A stretch of DNA of 54,565 nucleotides, the filler included, from Perkinsus olseni (taxonomy: Eukaryota), in NCBI GenBank assembly GCA_013115125.1. It is 2 parts of 2 records of this genome, joined end to end, with 100 filler letters (N's around TTAATTAATTAA, not from the genome) between each part and the next. Parts side by side here need not be neighbours in the genome. Positions count along the whole stretch, not along the records: positions 27,372 to 54,565 come from JABANN010000470.1; 1 more part is not named here. One strand, 5' to 3'. Below are positions 44,182-54,565 of this stretch, in pieces (position 1 is the stretch's first letter; the number at the start of each line of letters is the position of its first letter). A program made the position numbers and the translations under genes. Below the pieces are notes generated by a model. That model searched no databases. It was not told where the DNA came from and saw nothing but the letters and a program-made list of their open reading frames with translations.

Positions 44182-45797
44182 ATGATTAGCCAGCTTTACT
44201 GTTTCGGGGTCTTCGCCCTCTCGGCCATCCATCAGCTCACGGGCGAGCGGCGCACAAACATGGGTGGCAAGAGCCCCGCACAAATTCTTTGTGCGGTCCA
44301 AAACCCGCAGCAAATTGAGATAGTGATTCGATATCCAGGATTGCTTCTTTCTCCTTTCTGTCCTGGGCTGTACTACTGGTGAAACCGGCCTGCTGGGCCC
44401 CTGTTTGAGAACACCCTGCGAACACTTTGCGGTTTGGCGCCGTGTCTCGGACAGTCATCGGCGTCAGCCGGGCGCTTGGCTCAGTGAGCTTATCGCCCCT
44501 CTGGTAGTGGTGGCATTTGAACAGAATAGAGCCCCAATTTGATGAGCTGCGAGAGAAGGCTAAGTGGAAACGTATCTGGTTCCGGTTCTGTTGGAGGCCT
44601 GACTGCCGCAGTAGCTGACCATAAGCCAACACTAGCCTCTAGATGAGGTGTGCGGAAGCCCTCGTCGGCACGTGCGGCGGTAGACAACCCACAAAGAGCC
44701 ATTTCTGTGCTGCCAAGTTCCCCAGTGAAGACGAGTATACCACCTGTCAAGTGAACCGAGTGGTTGTAACGTATCAGTCATCCCTCTACCTTCTGCTCAA
44801 TGATCATTGTGCTTACCTGGATCATCCTGCTGTCTCGTGCGTCTTCAGGCGCGATTCGTGGTAAGGGGGACGCCCTCCTCAATGAATGGCCGATGCTCAT
44901 GTGAGGGAATGAGCCCGATTGGGGCCAGCATAAGTGATTCCAGGTCACACGACTCTGGAACTGGGTATATATCGACTACTGATGCATTCTGGGAGATGAC
45001 CAAATCACAAGAAGGCAATTTCACAGCACAACTGAATTGCGGTGTCAGAGCATTCGACCTTCGCCCCTTGTGCAACGCGAAGGGTTTGTATATGCATCAT
45101 GGGATTATAAGTATCGACCACAGTCTTAAAGATGCACTTACGGAAGTCGTTACTTGGGCTAACTCACATCCGAGGGAGTTCATCTTGCTCGTTAATAGTC
45201 ACTACTCTCCCAAAACCAATGACTGTAAGGGCAAAGTATGGCAGACTATGGCTACTTTAAATCTCATGCCATCCATTGGATCGGATGGGTCATGTGATAG
45301 GCTGAAGGGCCTCACCATCAGTCAGGCTATGAAGATGTCTACACTAAAGGCAGGTAAAGAACCTCGCTCGAATTACACCCTTCTTCTCTCATTTGTCAGG
45401 TGGACATGTCTTCGTCGTGGAGGGTGAGGGCGTCTGTCTCGATGCCAACTGGAACTCCTCCCTTACATGCTACCGCGAGAATGGAGACTGTCGTGAGGGG
45501 TCACCAGGCAGTGGATACATCAACAAAGAGTTGTTCCTTTACATCAATGAAACTGCCTCCAGGAAACCCAAGACTAATCTGACTACGATCCAAGCGCATT
45601 GGCAATATGATTCGACGTCAGTAGAGAAGATGCTCAAGGCCGGGTCGAATATCCTGAATGATACGAAGCTCAGCGGCATCAACAAGAAGCTCATTGGTAT
45701 CATTCCGCAGCTGGAATATATCAATCTCCTCGAAGTCGATAATGCCTGTCTTTATGGGGTTGAACTGGCAGAAGCTTTAAAAGCCCGCACGAAGTGA
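44182..45797 (+). CDS. Secreted PI-PLC X-domain (PLC-like phosphodiesterase) protein; 5' exons approximate
   Basis: SHDSGT...TKSQEGNFTAQLNCGVRAFDLRP...YMHHG...WANSHPREFILL, with both catalytic-type His present. Signal-like N-terminus and Cys-rich upstream exons. Confidence 0.75.
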
Positions 45798-47679
45798 TCA
45801 TCGGCACTAGTTGCCATAACAGAGCCCATACATCGATCTTCGCGGTGAAACTTCAACAGTGAAAATTCATTGCTGCGGCACAGTTTCACTTCAATTCTCT
45901 AGAGCGACTTAACGCATCTTTCATAGGCGCAAGTTTCAAATGATGGTTCACTTTTCCAATAAGGCTCCATTCCTGTTGTGTTGTCGATGTCCGGTCCGCT
46001 CCCCGTTTACTAAGAGAATGTGCGGCCATGCCTGGCCGAATGGTGAGCCGCTGAATCCAGTCTCGTGATGGTGAATTTCGCAAGCTCCTGGTGTATTCAC
46101 CAGGTGAATGATCTCTCGAGCTCAGTGGCCCAGATAAAAAGGAACAACTGGTTCTTTGTCCTGAATCGAGTCAGCCTCGTCCGGGCAGATCCACACATCA
46201 TCAGATCTAAGTCTGGATCCCAGATGGAACAACGTCGCGTGTTCTGTTCTGGATCAGTCGGTCTCTGTTAGAGACTCTCTAACAGCTCTGTACCCGGGGC
46301 GATTCGAATCTCCCAGGGGTCGTCATTGCAGAGGAGGTCACAAGTACGCCAGCACGCGGTGAAAGCATAACCGATGCAGAGTTCGAACTTACGATCATCT
46401 AATCCGTAGGTAGACGTTCTATCCAGCTGAACTAATCGGGCATTCACGAATGATTAACATACCACTTCGGTGAGCCCTAAGTCATAAGACATGGCCGAAA
46501 CTTTCTGCTGAGTTCCCTAGCAACGGATAGGAAATTTGTGAGGTCCAAGTCTCCCTGCGCGCTGAGTACTGAGCAGGACAAGCGCATCAGCCTAGACTGA
46601 TCTTTGCCACGAATGAGGCTCGACACCTGCATTTCAACGACCCCCTGCGACAATTAACCCGCGGCCTTCCTGTACAACCATTATTTCTGCTGTGTGTGCG
46701 TTCTCCTATCGTGGGTGGCCAGCATCGTACGAGGGGATGGGAGCAGAGGAGTTAATAGCAGTCAGTTGAACCCTGCCTGCGTTATACAGTGCGGGAGTTG
46801 TCGGGAGATGCATGAGAACTCGAGGGGTCGTGGCTGACGGCCCGTGAGCTTCGTCCGAGGTAGTTTGTGGATAGTATACTGAGCACGCAATTTTCCGTGA
46901 CAAAAATTCGATCGCAAGAAGCCCTCGATACATGCAACCTGGATGGTATACAGAGCTGGTCTGAGCACTTTGACTGGGTGATAATCCCGCGAATGAAGTT
47001 CCTAAAGTAAGAAGATGAAGTTACCACCCCAGCTTGCCGTCGTTTCATCGTCGAAATTTGACGGTCAACTGGGTGGCGACAATTAACCGCGGGACATCAT
47101 AAAGGTCCGTCATAGCGTTGAATAGGTCGACCAGAGCTGTAAGCCGGCTGGGCAACAGTGGTACATCGAAGTTCATGACCTCACACATAGCTTGATGGCC
47201 GTCCCAACCCTACATCGATGAACTAGCGTGACACTAGCTGATTCTTGTCTCCGGTGTCTCCATTCTGTCACCGTTTGCAAGTCACGCCAATAGTATGACT
47301 CCCTGAGCCTTTTTTCCGCCTCTAACTCATGACATGGCCCAGTGACGCGGTGACTTAGCTACGCGCCGCAGCTGTTATGCTAGCATCACGCAACTGTGTC
47401 GCTAGCATGACGAGGGCCGTCCCAATGCCGAGCGTCGCAACCGTTGACGTTATCTCAATCAGGTCATCTATCTTTCCTGAAGGCTATTATAATCCTCGGA
47501 CCTTGCCCGGTTGTTCTCTGTAATTCTTGAGGTGCAAGAAGGTACAAGTGGTTACATCAAGTTGTGAGGGTTTGTTCGGTTGACGTAGATCTGTGTTCAC
47601 TACGCGCTGAGATTTTAGCATCCTGCCCGCCTTTCGTGTCTACTGCAGTTTTATTTATATAATCAATCCGTCCCTCTCG

Positions 47680-48093
47680 ATGATGAAGTTCTGCCATCCA
47701 GGTCTCATGTGTATATCGATACTAATGTTAGGCTCGAAAGCTGAAAAGGCTGGGAGGTTCATGCACACCTCGGCAGGCTTACACATCGTCGTCGATGTGA
47801 GCAAATGGCTCAATGTTGGGTTCATATTTGAGCCGGTATCGAGGGATGGTTTCTTCATTCCCGAAAGGACACAGCCCTTAAAAGAGACTGTGGGTACTTC
47901 ATACATCATCGACGCCAGTCCATCAGAGTTATGCCATTGGTACACCGAGATGGAAAAGCTCTCCCCTGAGGTCCGCTTGAGAGCTGGTGACCTTGTCACT
48001 CTGACCTTTGAGGATTTTGAGTCTCTGACCGTCCAATTTCAAGGTCGAAATATTCGGTTTCGGAGAGTTACATATGATTTGGTCCTTAAATGA
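47680..48093 (+). CDS. Small intronless secreted protein (137 aa), probably lineage-specific
   Basis: Clean ORF with signal-like N-terminus and beta-rich pattern ending GDLVTLTF...VQFQGRNIRFRR. Resembles expanded Perkinsus hypothetical secreted families as I recall them (not verified). Confidence 0.6.
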   Translation: MMKFCHPGLMCISILMLGSKAEKAGRFMHTSAGLHIVVDVSKWLNVGFIFEPVSRDGFFIPERTQPLKETVGTSYIIDASPSELCHWYTEMEKLSPEVRLRAGDLVTLTFEDFESLTVQFQGRNIRFRRVTYDLVLK

Positions 48094-49167
48094 TGGTGAC
48101 AGATTCATATACACAAACGATGGTCAGGTATAGATTGCCTTCCGGATAACTTCGGACTCCAAGGTGCCCATGAATGTCTCCTGTGGAGAGATGCCTCTTG
48201 TAAGCACGATGTCAGAAATGACTCTAGACACTTTAGACAGTTGCAACCCCTTGCAAGATCGCCTCAGGTAGACATGAGTTCCACCCCCCGGCCGCTCAAT
48301 CGCTTTCGGTCAGCGAGCTCGGAGTATGTCGATGCGCGAAAGGAGTCAGACAGTGAATAATTCTTCCAACCCAAATAGCATGGTTGTGTTGAATCATAAT
48401 ACTGCTACGGCAACAGCTCAAACTTTGGGGTGAAAGTGTGCGCCACTGAAGAAGAGTATGAAGCTCATTCCTCTTGCAGTTTACTCCTCTCATCTATAAC
48501 TACATTCAGTATTTTTCTTAGGGCACTTTAATTTTCGGCGCCACCGTGCGTCGTGTGTTTTGGGGGAAGCATTTCTCTCAGATGGATGTGGATGATACAA
48601 CCTGCGTGTTTTCATGAGATCGAAGTGTTATTATCTGATTTTGCAGACTGCAAATTGCAGTCCCAGTTTGGCAGATTTCTGAATTTTTTCACACTTGGTG
48701 TGTTTGCGTGCTTTTGTAAGCACGTGTGCTTTGCTCGGGCCGAGCAATGGCCAGTCTCATCAGTCAGCTCAGTGTGTCGATCGACCTGACATAGATTCCG
48801 ATCTATGCTTCGATTACGGTGACTTTCAGTCCCCCCCAACGCGGGTTAGTTCTTTTCCAATACCATAATGGCTAAGAGTTCAGTCATGGGCCTGAAACTC
48901 ACTGATAGAGGGAACTCCGATCTCGACACCTTTTGAGCTTTGCGTTCCTCCCGGAATTCTCGCCATAGACAATTCGCCCATATTTCCCAAAGAATCAAGA
49001 CTTAGCACCGAGAAGTTCTCGGTGAGAACGGATCTCCAATATGAACCGCTCTATGGCGGGGCTCGAAGTTCATTTTCCCTTGAAGGACCCTCAGTGGATG
49101 AACACAGTATCAAGTGAAGCATACAAGCAAAGAGGGGCTACTTCATATCAGCATGGATGTTCATGAC

Positions 49168-52100
49168 TCATTTTCTCTTGTCCTTGGCTATGGCCTTCTT
49201 CATGATGGCACTGAATCTAATTACTTGTAGGTTGACAGCCCTCGGCTTCATCCGCTCCGACGCTGGCCACCACTCTTCTACTCGTTTTTCGATCATCTCT
49301 ACCAGCTTCTCTATCACTTCCATATGGTCCGGATTGTCACTCTGTCAAGACACTCATCCGAGTAGGCCGCGCCTTAACTTCTGCTACCTGGAAAGTTCCC
49401 GCCCCTTCCGACAAAGTGTTATCCCCCATTTTCAGAGGATCGCCGCTACCTACTGCGCACGTCCACTGTAAGACCTGAATAGCGCTCAGCAACTCGGGCA
49501 AGTCGTTAGTCATCATACCGTTACGGTATTACCGTAGTGACTCTCCTCAAGCGAATAGACGGCCAAGTATAGACAGTTTCACCTGCGCTCCCATCCACCT
49601 GCACATCCACTTCGATATCATACCTGGCGCGATCAGTGGGCAGTAGAGATGATTGGCGAATTCACTTTGAGGATGACGCTGCATTGGAGGTGATGACCAA
49701 GCCTCGACTTTCAATTGCCTCACCGACAAGCCCTTGAGCCTTCGATCTCACTCGCGTCTGAACGATCCGCAATGAGAGTGATTCACCGATACTCAACGTC
49801 CCCACACAGTAGGAGGATGGATCCGTTGGTGTGGTGGCCGAAGGAGGCTTCTTCATGTTGACTACTTGTATTCCGTCAATCTCGCAGATAGCTAAAGAGC
49901 ATCTGACAACACGAAGTGACAAAGACACCACATGAGCAAGAATGGTACGATCACTTCCCGGCATGAAAGAGCTTGGTCATGTATGCTGACAGCAGCTGCA
50001 TCAGGTCTCGCAGTGTTTTACAGCTCTGGTCGCTTAGAATCTGAAGTGACAACTCAATCGCCACAGTAGATAGTATTCGACCTGGAAAGCAGCGTCCAAC
50101 AGGATGTCCTTGCGAACGAGCTTCATCCGCCCCATCTCGTCAGCCAAGCACTGCTCTAGCGCCTAGAGGGAAGACGGTAGTATCAAATCCCGATGAGAAG
50201 CCGGTCGCCGTACCTGTACGGTGACTCCGCCGATAATCTGCAGGAGGAATTCGTCGTGCGTATCGAACTTGACCGTGGCCCATTGGTCTCTTGAGCCTGA
50301 GCAGAATACACATAGGTAGAGGAAGATGAGAAGGCAAGCTGGCAGGCATACTTGGAGTGTCGGCTACAGTCACGAGGCTATGCGTCGGGGATATCTTATT
50401 AACGACCTGTAGAACCTGATGATGATACCATCACGCCCGCTTTCACTAAAGACGTCTTCACCACTCACGGCAACACATTCAGGGCCCCGCATGATAGGCA
50501 TGCAAAGTACGCTCCTTGTACGGTACCCAGTGGCCTTATCAACGCTCGAGTTGAATCGAGGGTCGGTGTATCTATCTCGGGGGAGAGCCAAGCTGAGGCC
50601 CAAAGGGATGAACCTACGCATCTGCTATATTGAGGGCTGTCTGGGCCTTGTATGCTGCTCCGACGAGGCCACCAGTGAGGGGTATCTTTTAGAGAAGTCA
50701 GCCTATCTAATCGGAAGAGGGCCTCTCACTTGTAGAAGTGGACCCTCAGCTCGGCTCTTGGACGATGCAGGATCATCATCTTCATCGGGCGCATGGCCAG
50801 TGTCTGACGGTAAGTACTGAGGAGTGTGATGAGAGGTAGCAGCTCACGCTTGGTCCAGGCGGTTTGAGTCCTCTCATCAATCACCCATATGGCTACGCGG
50901 TCACAGTTGACGTACCTGCACGGTCCTGGTTTCACCCGGCGATGATACCGAGCAGCGCTCACTTGACGCAGAGTCTCGAAATGGCCGAAAGCGCCTCGTT
51001 CGAGTCCCTTATCCTGGATATCTCATCTATGTCCTCCAACAAGCCCCCCAGTGCATTGGAACGCTGATAGAATAGCGAGAAATCCCTGAATAAGAGAAGG
51101 ACGTGTGAGATAGGCTGAGGGCTGGTCGGGTTGGGCATCGATCGAGTCACTACCGACAGAGGACCTCGATGCAGGTATCTCTGTCTTCATCAGACAGTAC
51201 ACTCTCTTGCAAGAAGACATTGGGGAAGTAGCCATGCGTGGCAATGATGTAACTGAACGTAGTTCATAACAGAGGCCAGCTGGAAGGTTCAGGTCTCACG
51301 TGAGGAAGTCCACGACGCAGTCGGGTGCATTCTGCACGCACAGAGGTTTCTGAAGATAGTGAGTTCATGTAGCTGTAGGACTGTCAAGCCTACGTAGGTC
51401 TCAAAACAGAAGTCGCTTCGATGTGTCGCGGACGTCGTGCCGCTGCTCTTGTCATTCGCTTCTTTTATCGCGTCTTTGCGTTGCCTGAGAGCGAAGGCTA
51501 AAGATCCCCACATAAGGGGTCCTCAATCCAGGGCAGACGACGAAGGCATGAAGAAGACCCTGCCCACCGTACGCCTCCGCAGCCCTATTGCGAGCTTGGA
51601 AGAGCATACGCTGCTTCTCTGAGAAGCGCAGCTTACGACTTTGCTCCTGCAATCGACCTAGCAAGGAGTCTTCTTGCTGCCACATCGGTCTCATTATTAC
51701 GACTCAGCAGCTTCACTTGTTTAACCAGATGAGCGTTCCTCATCGCCATGTCAGAGCCAGCTCTCGAAGATGCCTTAACCAGTTTCGGGAGTCGGGATTC
51801 CTCTACGGCGCCTGGTGCTGACGAACGCCGAACTATGGACTAAAGCGTAGAGTTGGAAGTGCCAGTGTACCCTCTCCCAAATCATCCGGAGCGGGTCCCT
51901 CCACCGGGCTGTCTATTGCTGCGTGAGTCCTCAGAGCCCGTTTTGACCCCTCTACCGAGCTGAGGACGCCTGAGAACGGCTTGTGATAAGCGAGAGAGCA
52001 TCGTCTGTGGACTACGTTCGAGCTCCTGGAGCCTCGATCGTGCATGCAACAGCTGCTGACTCCTTTCGAACAGTGTCCTCTTCATCTGAACATCCCAGTG

Positions 52101-53210
52101 GCTCCACTCAGTTCTTCGGAGGAGCATCACCTGCTGGCCTTCTCGTTTAAGGGAGTATACTTCCGCCTCGAGCCTATTGACCTCACCTTCTAGCCTCGAT
52201 GAGACTCACAGCGCACCGCAGTGATTTCATGACGCAACCATCGTGCAATTGCTTACTAGATTCTTTTTTTGAAAGGTTCCTGACCGTAGTGTGCAGAGTT
52301 CTAGTCGTTCTAACCAGAGCCTTCTCCTGCTCTTGTTGGGATTTCACTCGAGCCTGCCATCAGCACACAAGACCGATGGCATCATCCGACGAGTGGATAT
52401 GCTCACCTCAAGGCCTGTTAGTATTTTCCTCACGCCATCAAGAGTGTTGAACGTCAAGCCTGGTATATCGGCCAAGTTCTCGGAGAGCAAATCGAGAGCC
52501 GCAGTGACCTTACCAGAGCGAGCTTTTAGCGTGATGACTCAGTGGAGGCACCACACACTTTGGATTGTAGGACATTGCGGTAGTCGTCGCATCTATCGTG
52601 CAGCCGAGACACCAAATGCTGAGAGGAAGAGTCGATGAGGTAGGCAGTCCTCTTCGGAAACCCATGCAGCCAACGCCGAGAGAGCAAGCAGAGGAGGATT
52701 CCCGACCCACTAGGTGAATTCCACTCTGAACGAAATGAACTTTCGAATAATAACAATACAGGAACAATGAGCCCGTGAGTCCTGGGTACCTCATAGAAGT
52801 AAGCATCAGGTAGCACGAGATCCTCGTCCGAGGCCAGAGAGGCTCCATCCAATGAGATGGACTTGAATCTGATCGGGGACCGTAGGGAGGCGTCATATGA
52901 CTGTCGTAATCATCACTTACCTTCCCTCGACATCTCTGATGATTTTCTTCAGCCGTCCTCGAAGTTCCTTGTTGTCATACCGCAATGCTTGAACGGCTCG
53001 CATGAGGTCATGCCTATCAGTCCCACTACCAGAGGGGGCCCGGCTCTCTACCACAGAGCCATATGACTGATGACAGAAGGCTGCATGAACCGCATAGCTT
53101 CTCTAGTCTACCTCAAGCGAAGTATTGTGAACGCTGTCGAAGAGGTCATCGCCTGCAGTAGTTCCATCGGTCTGCGGCGCACCCGGCTCCGATCGAGACG
53201 AGCGCATCAT
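49168..53210 (-). CDS. Multi-exon coiled-coil plus GAF-domain protein; may be more than one gene
   Basis: VNCDRVAIWVIDE, IPLTGGLVGAAY, DPRFNSSVDKATGYRTRSVLCMPI...VAV|LQVVNK, which is a PDE-type GAF; upstream coiled-coil exons near 51600-52200. Confidence 0.7.
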
Positions 53211-54424
53211 GAAACGAGAATCAGCCACTGCGGAAATTACTAAACGACAACGCACCTCTGGAATTCATAATGCAGGTACGCGAGCCGAGGCTAGTATTTC
53301 CTACGGACCTAGCCAGAAACTTAGGACCTAGCACTCAACGGTGGCCCACCGTGCGCACGGATAATAGTGAGAGGGTAGACTAGCGGCTGTAGTACTAGTA
53401 GTAGCGGCTGTATTGCTCCCATCATTTGCGGTCACCCCCAGTTTCCGTCGCGGAAAGCCAACTGCGAGCTCGTCGACCCAAAAACTTCAATATACGACAA
53501 GGAGCAGCAATGATCAGATGTGTTGGCAGCAAAAACGTCCCCCAATCGAACTGCTAATCGCGACGTTAATCTAATCGCGGCATTCGATTAGTATCTAGTA
53601 ACTCGATACGAGCTCAATTGGTTTGCACCCACGTTGTACAGAACGGTGGTATGGGTGTCATAGGAGCACTTACGATAGTAGGCCCAGTCCACGATTGACG
53701 AACACGATAGACCAATATATGAAAAAACAACTACGAGGATAACAAACTCGTAAAGGTCGATCAACTTCATCCGTGTACGCATATATATTGGCGCGCCGAA
53801 CCTGAACGGCTCTACTGACAACTCTAACAAACGAAAATGCACCTGCTTTACGCGCAAGACAGTTTTACGCAGGTGTAGTTGATAGAAAAGTGAAAGGCAC
53901 TCTATATACTAAACATCGCGTATTAATGCATACCAAATATGCACTACGCGTAGTGGAGAGCGTAAAATGAGTTTCGAATCTTCAACTACGCGCCAGATTG
54001 AGCTTTGATAACGCCTCAACTCAAGCTGTCCCGGCGGCCGTTCCGTGCTTGTAAGGCAAGATCAGGTCCGATTTTTTCATACTCGGGAGACAGGTTACCT
54101 GTCAGTGACAGGCTGTCACCGGTATTGGGGCATTGCAAAAGCCTATTTATCGATGATGAGGAATGATGCCTTCGCAAGCCGTGAGCGCCTCACTGACGCG
54201 GCATCAGCGGTCGATAGTACGTCTGGCACACAGTCACTGCGCATGCTGGGTACAGTTGTGTAAAACCCCGCCGATACATTCTCCTATAACAGAACAGAAG
54301 CACAGTGAAGATGGTGCAGTTTATCAACAAGGACCTTAACCGAGCTGGTGGGAAGGGTGGTGGTGTTCACGCCCGGAGGCCTGAGAGCCTCCGCTTTGCA
54401 GTCAGCGCCGCCAACCCTAGAACC

Positions 54425-54435
54425 CGGGGGGGGGG

Positions 54436-54486
<51 letters not shown>

Positions 54487-54565
54487 CCCCCCGGGGGGGG
54501 GGGGGGGGGGGGGGGGTGGTGTTGGGGGGGGGGGGAGGGTTTATGGTTGTATGTATGGGTGTGGG
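54425..54565 (+). other. Poly-G low-complexity end, probable sequencing/assembly artefact
   Basis: Long G homopolymers with a C run at the contig end. Confidence 0.75.

Noticed and set aside
10-54263. Most short ORFs in the six-frame track
   Set aside because: They are antisense or off-frame shadows of exons, or exon-intron read-throughs; many start at non-ATG codons.
54413-54565. Poly-G tract as a G-quadruplex, and AACCCTAG as a telomere repeat
   Set aside because: Homopolymer at a contig end is typical of low-quality or two-colour sequencing signal loss; only one telomere-like unit is present.

Overview
Compact, intron-dense eukaryotic genomic DNA. Most introns are GT-AG and about 40-50 nt, and same-strand genes are often only 50-170 nt apart. 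Gene content and architecture point to a myzozoan alveolate, most likely Perkinsus; this is an inference, not a database result. An artificial 100-nt linker (44 N + TTAATTAATTAA + 44 N) at 27272-27371 joins two contigs, so adjacency across it cannot be trusted. The poly-G end is probably a sequencing artefact. Recognisable genes: RPS11, UDP-glucose 6-dehydrogenase, a COPI-associated/TVP15-like membrane protein, an intronless RCC1/IBTK-like protein, an Aurora-type kinase, a CCCH zinc-finger protein, tandem helical-repeat (HPR/OPR-like) genes, a helical-repeat plus degenerate RAP protein, a CTL/SLC44 choline transporter-like gene, an intronless LicD-family gene, a VPS50-like gene, a TM-ankyrin protein, an LC8-type dynein light chain, a secreted PI-PLC-X-like protein and a GAF-domain protein. 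The most unusual signals are non-coding. (1) A 72-bp element is present twice (69/72 identical), inverted and 3 kb apart, apparently inside enlarged introns of two adjacent same-strand genes. (2) Two related tRNA-like A-box/B-box elements with broken stems sit at divergent gene heads. (3) A ~185-bp GAACGTTC array contains a perfect 40-bp palindrome and has inverted ends. Two proteins missed by the ORF track were also found: a dsRBD-like protein and an 88-aa putative mitochondrial microprotein. All gene models were spliced by hand and exon boundaries are approximate.
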